Position numbers and translations under genes: made by a program. From Spirochaetia bacterium (GTDB lineage: Bacteria; Patescibacteriota; Microgenomatia; UBA1400; MFAQ01): a stretch of DNA of 64,000 nt. Below are positions 54,777-64,000 of the stretch, one piece after another (position 1 is the first letter of the stretch; each line of letters opens with the position of its first letter). The notes beneath the pieces were generated by a model that saw only the letters and a program-made list of their open reading frames with translations, did not search any database and was not told the origin of the DNA. The stretch spans positions 1,009 through 65,008 of the forward strand of contig DATIKJ010000051.1 in assembly GCA_035477615.1 (NCBI GenBank), given 5' to 3'.

Positions 54777-55241
54777 TTAATTGTAATCCAGAAATCCTTT
54801 AATAATCATATTTTTTGCTTCCATTTCTCCTACACCCCGAGACTTCAAATAAAACAGTTGTTCTTCATCAATTTTTCCTACACTTGCCGAATGACTCGCC
54901 TTTACTCTATTAGCCTCAATCTCTAGTTCTGGTTCCGCCGTAGCACTTGATTTCTTATCCAAAAGCAAAATTTTCATTGATAAAAAACTATCCGTTTCCT
55001 GTGCCTGCTTGGCGATCTTTACTAATCCTTTAACTCTAACTCTCGCTCCATTCTCCGCTATACCTTTAATCACTACTCTACCAAAAGTATTTAGAGCAAG
55101 ATGTGCTATCACCAAATTCAACTCATAATCTCCGGCATCCCTTGCCTCAATAACTCCCAGCCACTCCAACTTCTCACCTTCTTTACTCAACTGAAGTTTT
55201 ATTTCGTGTTTTCCTGGGCTTTTTATTAAGTATTTTTCCAT
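54777..55241 (-). CDS. sufD: Short SufD-like protein (C-terminal SufB/D domain only)
   Basis: 154 aa; C-terminal LFYLKSRGV motif of SufB/SufD family; lacks most of the N-terminal beta-helix seen in canonical about 430 aa SufD. Confidence 0.6.
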   Translation of the reverse strand: MEKYLIKSPGKHEIKLQLSKEGEKLEWLGVIEARDAGDYELNLVIAHLALNTFGRVVIKGIAENGARVRVKGLVKIAKQAQETDSFLSMKILLLDKKSSATAEPELEIEANRVKASHSASVGKIDEEQLFYLKSRGVGEMEAKNMIIKGFLDYN

Positions 55242-55246
55242 ATTCT

Positions 55247-56673
<1,427 letters not shown>

Positions 56674-56677
<4 letters not shown>

Positions 56678-57453
56678 TCAGCTAATTGATATCCATTCTT
56701 TTCCAATCTGTCTACTATTTCCTTTCCTCCTCTTTCTACTATCACTCCATCTTTCATGACTGCCACTTTGTCAGGGTTTAAGTAGTTCAAAACCCTTTGA
56801 TAATGAGTAATTACCAAAACACTCATTTTTTCTTCTTTAACCATCTCTGCCACACTCCTTGCTATTGTAGCCATCGCATCAATGTCTAGACCACTATCAA
56901 TCTCATCCATTATCAATAGTTTCGGCTTCAGTACTCTCATCTGCAGTATCTCCATTTTTTTCTTCTCTCCACCACTAAACCCTTCATTGAGTCCTCTACC
57001 CAACAACTCAGGACTCAAACTCAATTTCTCTGCTTCTCTCTCAACTGTTTTTTTTAGATCCAGTGCTGACACTACTTTATCTTTATTCTTTATTCTCAAT
57101 GCTGTAAGCAACATCTCTCGTACTGTAACTCCCGGAATTGCCACTGGGTGCTGAAAAGCTAAATAAATTCCTTTGTTCGCTCTCTCGTCCGGCGTCATCA
57201 ATTGCATATCTTGTCCTTCAAAAGAAATTACTCCATCATATACTTCATATATCGGATTTCCGATTACTGTCGAAGCCAAGCTAGATTTTCCAGACCCATT
57301 CGGTCCCATCAAAACAAAAATCTCTCCCTCATTCAAAGACAAATTCACTCCCTTTAAAATTTCCTTACCTTCTACTTTTACTTTCAAATTTTTTATTGTC
57401 AACATTTTTTTGTTTATCTTTGCAAGGATTTGAGAATTATGACAATTTTCCAC
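56674..57453 (-). CDS. sufC: Fe-S cluster assembly ATPase SufC
   Basis: 259 aa; Walker [14 protein letters not shown] signature FSGGEKK, Walker [11 protein letters not shown]. Confidence 0.9.
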
Positions 57454-57477
57454 CGTTAAGCACTAAATACTTGTTTC

Positions 57478-57864
57478 TTACTTAATAAGATCCTCCAAGG
57501 TGTATTTTTCAAGCAATCTATTAATATCCTCAGTTAGCATTTCCATAAATCCCACTTGTCCACAACCACCCTCCATCGGACACTCAGAGCAATTAACTGG
57601 CTCTACTTCTCCCTCAATTGCCTCTAAAGCCTCTCTAATCTGAATTTCTTTAGGTTCATAGTTTAAGCCATAACCTCCACCCTTACCTTCACGACTATTA
57701 AGAATTCCAGCCTCAACTAGAGAAGCTGCAATTTTACTCATGAAGGCTCTAGGCATCCCCATCTCGGCTAGCTCCTTTAAATTGACACGGCCCTTCCGGC
57801 CCCTTAAAGCCAAAACAGAAAGCATTGATAAGCCATAATCAGCCTTTTTAGTTAGTGTAAACAT
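57478..57864 (-). CDS. Rrf2-family transcriptional regulator (IscR/SufR-like) with Cys cluster
   Basis: 128 aa; N-terminal wHTH (ADYGLSMLSVLA...LKELAE), Cys-rich C-terminal region CSECPMEGGCGQ. Confidence 0.8.
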   Translation of the reverse strand: MFTLTKKADYGLSMLSVLALRGRKGRVNLKELAEMGMPRAFMSKIAASLVEAGILNSREGKGGGYGLNYEPKEIQIREALEAIEGEVEPVNCSECPMEGGCGQVGFMEMLTEDINRLLEKYTLEDLIK

Positions 57865-57895
57865 ATACTTGGACTATTATACTCCAAGTACACCG
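57862..57895 (-). promoter_or_regulatory. Palindromic operator ACTTGGA-N9-TCCAAGT embracing a TATAAT -10 box immediately upstream of the Rrf2 gene (near-leaderless mRNA)
   Basis: 7-bp inverted repeat at 57867-57889; TATAAT in the spacer on the minus strand; ATG 2 nt after the palindrome. Confidence 0.3.
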
Positions 57896-57905
57896 TTTTA
57901 ACCAC

Positions 57906-58739
57906 CTATTTCTTCGATACCGCTCCCTCAATCTGCTCCCAGTCACGCACCTTTCGAATCTTCAAATTTTTCTTCCATGCATTCTCAATCACCGACAAAT
58001 CCACATCCAGTTCTTTAGCCAATCCCAATAAAGCTACCGTATCTTTTGGAAAACACTTTCCCCCAAACCCTCTTTGGGTCGTAATATCCAAATGTGAGTC
58101 ATATATTCGTTTATCTGCTACCACCATTTTCTTCATTTCCCCATAATTTACCCCCAACTTTTCGCATAGATCAAACATCTCATTGGCAAAAGATACCTTT
58201 GTCGCCAAATATGTATTGGCCATATACTTCACCACTTCAGCCGTTGTTGGGTCTGTTTCAAATATTGGAGTCTTAGGAAAAGTCGCTCGATACAAATCTA
58301 CCACCCACTGTTTTACCTCATTATTATCTGCCCCTACCACCACTCTATCCGCATTCACAAAATCCTCCAAGTAATTTGCCTCCGTCAAGAACTCCGGATT
58401 AAATACCATCCGAGGATACTTCAATTTCTTAATCAGTCTCCTAGTCGTCCCTGGAATAATCGTAGATTTCAACACAATAATCGGTTTTACTTTGTTCTTT
58501 TTCGCAGACGCCACTATCTCGGCCGTCACGTCTTCCACAATAGACAAATCGATCTTTGTGTACTCCTTGGTCATCGGAGTTGGTACACCTACAAAAATCA
58601 CCTCCGATTTTTTAACCACTTCATCCAAAGAAAGTGTTGGTAAAAACTTATCATAAATATAAACCTCATTTTCCTCCTTAAATCCATACTCTACTGCTTT
58701 TCCAACAAATCCATATCCAACAATTCCAATTTTGTACAT
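57906..58739 (-). CDS. Nucleotide-sugar dehydrogenase (UDP-glucose 6-dehydrogenase family), short form lacking C-terminal UDP-sugar-binding domain
   Basis: 277 aa; N-terminal GYGFVG Rossmann motif, catalytic GGKCFPKD; protein ends about 50 aa after catalytic Cys. Confidence 0.75.
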   Translation of the reverse strand: MYKIGIVGYGFVGKAVEYGFKEENEVYIYDKFLPTLSLDEVVKKSEVIFVGVPTPMTKEYTKIDLSIVEDVTAEIVASAKKNKVKPIIVLKSTIIPGTTRRLIKKLKYPRMVFNPEFLTEANYLEDFVNADRVVVGADNNEVKQWVVDLYRATFPKTPIFETDPTTAEVVKYMANTYLATKVSFANEMFDLCEKLGVNYGEMKKMVVADKRIYDSHLDITTQRGFGGKCFPKDTVALLGLAKELDVDLSVIENAWKKNLKIRKVRDWEQIEGAVSKK

Positions 58740-58777
58740 ACTATTAGTGTAACACTTACAATAACCTTGTCAACTGT

Positions 58778-59410
58778 CTAAAACAATCCCATCTGTTGCT
58801 CCACCTTCTTAGGCTCTTCCCCTTTTGGATAAGAAAAATCCACTTCGATTTCTCTCAGCTCATTCCAATGATCTTTAAACCTCAATTTTCTATTTTTCAA
58901 ACCATAGTCATACACTCCTTTGGTTACTTCTACATCCATCTCACAGTATTTTTTCAAGTTAGCTAAGCTCTCAGGATCTCCCTTAGTCCACCAGGAAACT
59001 GCCTCAGCTCCTCCGGCTATTTTTCCTTGTCCCAAAGTTTCTTTGGCTACAGAATCAAGTTTTACTCGATGTCCAAAAACGTCTTTTATAATCTTTAATA
59101 CGTCAAAGTGATTAAGCTTAAAAAAGTTTCCCTTGTACACCCCATTCATAGCCGGCACATCAAAACCTAAACTGTTGTATCCAATAATTCTATCTGCCTC
59201 TTCAAACCAGCTCCACATTTGCTCAAACTCACTCTCCCAAAAACTTTTCATTTCTCCCCTAATTTCTTTGAAATCCCGATCAATTTCTCGTCTATAAGCC
59301 GACACTATTGAAATACCCAAGTCTTCCGGTTTCTTTGCATTTATCTCATCAAAAAATTTTTTCGTCTCAATGTCAAAAATCACTTCCACTCTTTTTCCAT
59401 CACTACTCAT
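58778..59410 (-). CDS. DEDD-type 3'-5' exonuclease-like protein (RNase H-like fold)
   Basis: 210 aa; ExoI-like IFDIETK, ExoII-like GYNSLGFDVPAM, ExoIII-like YCEMDV. Confidence 0.5.
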   Translation of the reverse strand: MSSDGKRVEVIFDIETKKFFDEINAKKPEDLGISIVSAYRREIDRDFKEIRGEMKSFWESEFEQMWSWFEEADRIIGYNSLGFDVPAMNGVYKGNFFKLNHFDVLKIIKDVFGHRVKLDSVAKETLGQGKIAGGAEAVSWWTKGDPESLANLKKYCEMDVEVTKGVYDYGLKNRKLRFKDHWNELREIEVDFSYPKGEEPKKVEQQMGLF

Positions 59411-59419
59411 GTGAGTTAT

Positions 59420-59926
59420 TTAATCACCCTTCTCCCATTTGTGCATCCTCTTCTTTCCATATCTTCCAAAAAAGAACACTCCAAATCCTAATGCCAACGC
59501 CGGAATGTAATACTGCCAAGATCCAGCATCTAAAAGCTCCGACTCATCCGGCAACGCCGCTGGAGTTGCCACGGCTGCCGACACTGTTGCATTAAATCTC
59601 AAAGTAAAAGAGATACTCTGTGTCCCCGACGTTATTGTTATCAAACTATCCCCTTGATCTAAAACACTGGGTATATAGCTCCACACCCCACTCGTACTTG
59701 CAGTCGTGTAATTTAACGACGTTTTAATTTTTACTCCTACCTGTGCACTTGGAGAAGCCGTTCCCGACAAAGATGGTATTCCACCTGTATAAGTTACCAA
59801 ACTGTAATTTGTTCCGAGAGTAGACTGTGTTCCTACACTAGTAAGCGTCAAATCATACGCCCATACATTTCTCACAAAAACATAAAGTCCCAACAAACTT
59901 ATCAAATATATTAATCCTTTTTTCAT
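59420..59926 (-). CDS. Secreted protein with C-terminal hydrophobic anchor plus basic tail, unknown
   Basis: 168 aa; signal peptide; C-terminal YYIPALALGFGVFFFGRYGKKRMHKWEKGD. Confidence 0.45.
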   Translation of the reverse strand: MKKGLIYLISLLGLYVFVRNVWAYDLTLTSVGTQSTLGTNYSLVTYTGGIPSLSGTASPSAQVGVKIKTSLNYTTASTSGVWSYIPSVLDQGDSLITITSGTQSISFTLRFNATVSAAVATPAALPDESELLDAGSWQYYIPALALGFGVFFFGRYGKKRMHKWEKGD

Positions 59927-59927
59927 A

Positions 59928-61268
59928 TTAGATATCTATCTCATTATGCAACATCGGTGTATCAATTTTCACCCCAGGGAATTCTTGTCTCACCTTCTCT
60001 GCCAACACTAACCTCGGCAACTCTTCTCCATGAGTCAAAATTACATGAGACAAACCCTCCATTTTTCCAAGCCACGTCAATATCTGTCCCTGATCGGCGT
60101 GTGAACTCATTGTCTTAATCTCTTTTATTCTTGCTTTAACTGTAATCAAATTTCCCCAAATATTTACTGTGTCTGCTCCGTCTTTAATCTGTCGACCCAT
60201 TGTTCCATCAGCTTGATATCCCACAAAAACTAACTGTGTTTTAGGATCCCCCAAAAATGAAATTACATGATGAAGTACTCTACCGCCAGTCATCATGCCA
60301 CTTCCCGCCACAATTATCTTTGTTCCCATCAAATTTTTTATCTGTCTACTTTTTTCAATCGTGTCACAAAGCACCAAACTTGGAAAATCAAAAGGATCGT
60401 CTGTTTTTGCTTGAGTCTGTAGTTTTCGGTTATATAACTCTGGAAAATCTCTAAAAATCTCCGTCGCTTTTATAGCCATTGGACTATCCAAAAATACTGG
60501 CGTTTCTGCAGCCATCTTTCCCTGTTTTTTTAACTGATCAAATATATACAAAATCTCTTGAGATCTTTGCAAAGAAAAGGAGGGAATAATTACAGTTCCT
60601 TTTTCAGCTTCAGCTTCAGCAACAATTGCCGCTAGTTCTTCTACTTCATCTCGACTCTCATGTATCTCATCACCATAAGTTGATTCGACTATTGCCACAT
60701 CTGCTTTTTTTACCCAATGGGTCGGTTCCAATAAAGGTTCTGGTGTGTTTCCCAAATCTCCACTAAATGAGATTAATTTTCCACTTTTAACATCACGGAT
60801 AAGTACCGAGGCTGATCCTAAAATGTGACCTGCATCCAAAAGAGTCACCTCAAACTCACCTACCATAAAGGGCTTGTCATACTCAACCAGTTGTGACTGT
60901 TTCATTATTTTTTCCACATCTTCATCAGTAAAAAGTACCCCCTTAAGCTCTTCTTCTTTCGCAATCTTAGCTGAGTCATAAAGAACCAATTCAGTTAAAG
61001 CCTTTGTCGCCTCTGTCATAAAAATCGGACCTCTGAAACCATATTTCAGTAGTAATGGCAACCTTCCACAGTGATCTAGATGAGCATGGGTCAAAACAAC
61101 AGCCGTTAATTTATCAAAATCAATATCTGGCTTTATAGTGTTCAACCCTGTCTCTTCCAATTTTCCTTGAAACATGCCGTAATCAATCATTACTCCCGTC
61201 TTCTCTCCCGTAAGAAAGTAACACGAACCAGTAACCATGGAAGCTGCCCCTAAAAACTTTATTTTCAC
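59928..61268 (-). CDS. MBL-fold beta-CASP hydrolase (RNA-processing nuclease-like, CPSF73/RNase J-related)
   Basis: 446 aa; HAHLDHCG (HxHxDH) motif, beta-CASP motifs; GTG start. Confidence 0.8.
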   Translation of the reverse strand: MKIKFLGAASMVTGSCYFLTGEKTGVMIDYGMFQGKLEETGLNTIKPDIDFDKLTAVVLTHAHLDHCGRLPLLLKYGFRGPIFMTEATKALTELVLYDSAKIAKEEELKGVLFTDEDVEKIMKQSQLVEYDKPFMVGEFEVTLLDAGHILGSASVLIRDVKSGKLISFSGDLGNTPEPLLEPTHWVKKADVAIVESTYGDEIHESRDEVEELAAIVAEAEAEKGTVIIPSFSLQRSQEILYIFDQLKKQGKMAAETPVFLDSPMAIKATEIFRDFPELYNRKLQTQAKTDDPFDFPSLVLCDTIEKSRQIKNLMGTKIIVAGSGMMTGGRVLHHVISFLGDPKTQLVFVGYQADGTMGRQIKDGADTVNIWGNLITVKARIKEIKTMSSHADQGQILTWLGKMEGLSHVILTHGEELPRLVLAEKVRQEFPGVKIDTPMLHNEIDI

Positions 61269-61309
61269 TAATCCAGTTTATCAGACCTGCTTAATTGTTT
61301 TTTCAAACT

Positions 61310-61490
61310 TAAGACCGTAGTCTACTCCCTTTTCGACAGGGTTACGTAAAGTGCGTATGGCATGGTGTTGCTATGTGCAACCATACGCACTGCGTATCAA
61401 GAAATTTTCTCGCAGGAGAAAATATTCTGGCTGACGACAAAGGGTGTAGACGGCAGGTCAAGTGAGAAAAAAAGTTATCCCACTTTTGCT
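61310..61490 (+). ncRNA. Candidate structured RNA (sRNA or riboswitch-like leader) in divergent intergenic region
   Basis: Compositionally GC-rich in an AT-rich genome. Closing helix CCGTAGTCTAC / GTAGACGG encloses three hairpins (CCCT-tttcgac-AGGG; GTGCGTATGG-N20-CCATACGCAC; ATTTTCTC-gcag-GAGAAAAT). A terminal hairpin plus TTTTGC lies 20 nt before the ATG at 61502. Confidence 0.3.
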
Positions 61491-61501
61491 AGAATAAATC
61501 C

Positions 61502-62257
61502 ATGACTTGCCCTCACTGTACCTCACCTCTATCATTTATATCTATCGACACAACCGATGGTCAAACACAAACTATCAACGAATGTCTCAACTGTGGTGGT
61601 CACTTTATTCCTCCATACATAGCAAACTTTCTCTCTGTCGAAACTGCCAAAAATATTGACTCGGTTCTTCCAAAATCAAAGATTGTTCCTGCCACTCACC
61701 CTGTTTGTCCTCAGTGTGGTCAAGTCATGTCTAGTATTAAAGATGATGCTGTTCCTGAAACTGTCACTGTCTTCACCTGTCCCAACAATCACGGTGATTT
61801 CTTTCCCAAAGGCCAGTTATTAAGTTTCAAAAAAGCTCAACAGGCAAAAATTTATTACCACAAACTCTGGGGTATTCCTCTAAAATCTGCCTTTGCTATC
61901 ATCATTCCTCTTATTATTGCCTTTACTGCCATCTCTGTTATTCCAACAATTATTAAGCAAATCGGTACATCCCAAGAATCTCGTGTTAAAGCGGGCGATA
62001 TTCTTACTGCTCCCCTCATCACCCCTGTCTCTAGTACCCAAGTTCTTATTTCTTTCTCCACCAAAAATCCTGTCATTGCTTCTATCCGCTTTACCGAAGG
62101 ACTAGACAAAACCTTTACTCTTTCTGAAACAGCTCAGACCAACCATCTCCTTAGTGTTGACAGTCTAACTTCAGGTACACTCTATAAATATGTTATTACT
62201 CTAAATATTAGTGGTAAAACCACAACCACCAACGAATATACTTTTGCTACTCCTTAA
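61502..62257 (+). CDS. Zinc-ribbon membrane protein with C-terminal FN3-like domain, unknown
   Basis: 251 aa; two CxxC pairs (CPHC...CLNCGG; CPQCG...CPNNHG), one TM, beta-rich C-terminus. Confidence 0.5.
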   Translation: MTCPHCTSPLSFISIDTTDGQTQTINECLNCGGHFIPPYIANFLSVETAKNIDSVLPKSKIVPATHPVCPQCGQVMSSIKDDAVPETVTVFTCPNNHGDFFPKGQLLSFKKAQQAKIYYHKLWGIPLKSAFAIIIPLIIAFTAISVIPTIIKQIGTSQESRVKAGDILTAPLITPVSSTQVLISFSTKNPVIASIRFTEGLDKTFTLSETAQTNHLLSVDSLTSGTLYKYVITLNISGKTTTTNEYTFATP

Positions 62258-62290
62258 ACCAAGAAAAAGCCACCTGTCTCCAAGTGGCTT
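62258..62290 (-). terminator. Intrinsic terminator (AAGCCAC-N10-GTGGCTT + TTTTTCTTG on minus strand) between convergent genes
   Basis: 7-bp stem with T-run on minus strand, A-run on plus. Confidence 0.5.
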
Positions 62291-62297
62291 AAAAATA

Positions 62298-62900
62298 TTA
62301 CTCTCCTCTTCCGCAAGCTAATGCTTGCTCTAAATCACTAAATTTCATTCCCTGACAGGTGGCGTTCCAGACTCTGGAGTTATTTATCAGATTCAAGCGG
62401 CTACTTTCGAAGCGAACTTCGTTTTGAAAAATTCCGCCTTTAACAGCAGACCAATCAACAGTATCCACAAAATTCTTTCCCCGATAGATATTGTTTACAC
62501 CACCATCAACTATGATGGTGTCCTCATCAATCACCGCCAAAGCGGCAACTTCTGTGGGGCCACCCACAAGATATTGATCACCCTGCCAAGGAGTAAAAAC
62601 CTCTACCGGCAGATTTAAAAGCGCCCATCCATTTTTGACGAATAAAACATTCGTGATATTGCCATGTTCTGCCACAAAAATGGCAAAACAAGTATTCATG
62701 TATGATGGCAGCTTCCCAGTCGCATCTGCTACAAGTTCGCTCAACGATGCAGCGTTATCATATACATCCGCTTCAAATCGCGGACACTTCGGAAGCCAAG
62801 CCGGAGTCGTTTTTGTTCCTCCATCATCAGCCGATACGGAGGAGAACATGCTCGCCATTAAAATGGCCACTAAAACCAGGACATAAACAACTTTTTTCAT
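62298..62900 (-). CDS. Secreted protein, unknown; gene has visibly higher GC than surroundings
   Basis: 200 aa; signal peptide MKKVVYVLVLVAILMASMFSSVSA; 4 Cys; GC-richer codon usage. Confidence 0.5.
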   Translation of the reverse strand: MKKVVYVLVLVAILMASMFSSVSADDGGTKTTPAWLPKCPRFEADVYDNAASLSELVADATGKLPSYMNTCFAIFVAEHGNITNVLFVKNGWALLNLPVEVFTPWQGDQYLVGGPTEVAALAVIDEDTIIVDGGVNNIYRGKNFVDTVDWSAVKGGIFQNEVRFESSRLNLINNSRVWNATCQGMKFSDLEQALACGRGE

Positions 62901-63017
62901 TATCTCCTCCTCAGATTGAGAGTAATTTAAGGTTCACTTCGGGCTATATGATACCACGTTTAGCCTCAAATGTCAAGTTATAGGATGCCACTTCCTAATT
63001 ACAAGCTATAATTAGCT

Positions 63018-63761
63018 ATGCCCAAACGCATATTTAGCCCCTACGAGCTCAACCAGCTTCGCCAATGGATGCCCCATATCGATCCAGACTCCATCAGCAC
63101 TAATAAACCTGTTGAGTACCTTACTGGCCACACTGAGTTCTGCGGACTCGATTTCTTAGTTACCCACGACACTCTAATTCCCCGTCTCGAGTCTGAAGAA
63201 ATAGTCAATCTAGCCCTTCAATTTATTGATGATCATAATCTCAGCCACCCTGTAATTGCCGATATCGGTACTGGCTCTGGTTGTCTTGGTGTCTCACTTG
63301 CCGTCAAGCTCTCCAAACAACACTCTCCTTACTCCATCTTTCTCTCCGACATCTCTCCTCAAGCACTCAAAGTAGCCGATCTCAACACCCAAAAACTTCT
63401 TCACTCTCCCGAGAACATCTTTTTTATAGAGTCGAATCTTTTTGAAAATTTTCCCAATATCAAGTTTGATCTTATCCTTGCCAATCTTCCCTATATTCCT
63501 TCCCAAAACATCAAAGCTCTCGACTCTTCAGTCAAAGATTTCGAACCCAAAATGGCTTTAGATGGTGGTTCTAAAGGTAATCTTTTTATCAATGCCCTTC
63601 TTTCCAAACTTCCACAATTCCTCAATCGAGATGGTCAGGCCATACTTGAGATCAACGACACACACACCATAAATAGCTTTACCCTCCCAGCAGGAATCCA
63701 GCCAACTATACAAAAAGACTGTTTCAACAAATCCCGTTTTCTTGTATGTTCCTATTTATAG
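63018..63761 (+). CDS. prmC: Release factor glutamine N5-methyltransferase PrmC/HemK-like
   Basis: 247 aa; SAM-binding IADIGTGSGCLG, substrate motif NLPYIP (NPPY variant). Confidence 0.8.
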   Translation: MPKRIFSPYELNQLRQWMPHIDPDSISTNKPVEYLTGHTEFCGLDFLVTHDTLIPRLESEEIVNLALQFIDDHNLSHPVIADIGTGSGCLGVSLAVKLSKQHSPYSIFLSDISPQALKVADLNTQKLLHSPENIFFIESNLFENFPNIKFDLILANLPYIPSQNIKALDSSVKDFEPKMALDGGSKGNLFINALLSKLPQFLNRDGQAILEINDTHTINSFTLPAGIQPTIQKDCFNKSRFLVCSYL

Positions 63762-63964
63762 TTGCTTTTAATCTGGAAAAGGATATACATCGAAATTCCT
63801 GTTCCAATTACTAAATTCCCTAGATCAAATGTTATTAAACTGTACAGAGCCATCACCAGCCCAGAATAAAACACTAGTCTCCATGAAGATAACTGCCTTT
63901 TAAAAAGTCCCGGTAATGCCAATACTAAAAGCACTATGCTGGCAAATGAAATCCAAGAAGCCAA
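63752..63964 (-). CDS. Small membrane protein; may be the 3' part of a longer gene truncated by the window edge
   Basis: 70 aa ORF, two hydrophobic helices; the window ends 36 nt upstream. Confidence 0.3.
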   Translation of the reverse strand: MASWISFASIVLLVLALPGLFKRQLSSWRLVFYSGLVMALYSLITFDLGNLVIGTGISMYILFQIKSNYK

Positions 63965-64000
63965 GCCATATCCATAAACATACCCATATCTATAATAAGC

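Overview
This is an AT-rich (about 35-38% GC), gene-dense bacterial chromosome segment. Most genes are on the minus strand, with short intergenic spacers, overlapping start and stop codons, split genes (transketolase N and C subunits, standalone 5'-3' exonuclease), a truncated ThrRS, and a B12-dependent class II RNR plus corrinoid adenosyltransferase. This pattern fits a reduced-genome Patescibacteria/CPR-like organism, though that is an inference from gene content rather than a measured classification. The content is mostly housekeeping. There are four aminoacyl-tRNA synthetases (thrS, lysS, argS, trpS), trxB/trxA, pth, recF, mutM, ftsH and an ATP-dependent DNA ligase. There is a long Fe-S cluster assembly (suf) operon behind an Rrf2 regulator, a pentose-phosphate and glycolysis set (rpiB, rpe, split tkt, class I aldolase, PfkB kinase), and a cell-wall cluster (two class A PBPs flanking a GH18 hydrolase). 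An ECF sigma/anti-sigma pair and a RelE/ParE-RHH toxin-antitoxin module are also present. Two tRNAs are encoded: tRNA-Met(CAU) and a tRNA-Ile with the rare UAU anticodon. The items most worth a second look are: (1) a T-box-like antitermination leader upstream of argS-lysS, and a terminator-before-ATG leader upstream of thrS; (2) a tRNA-flanked block carrying a tyrosine recombinase, an atypical coupling-protein-like (VirD4/TraG-type) ATPase and small unknown proteins; (3) the nrdR-nrdJ-cobO operon with a near-consensus NrdR box; (4) two small ORFs with perfect Shine-Dalgarno sites next to a CPBP/Abi-type protease gene, which is a bacteriocin-like or signalling-peptide locus architecture; (5) a Fic-fold protein whose catalytic motif is destroyed; (6) three GC-rich structured intergenic elements (24.9-25.1 kb, about 15.1-15.2 kb, 61.3-61.5 kb) that may be ncRNAs or riboswitch-like leaders. 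No CRISPR array, rRNA or obvious transposase was seen.
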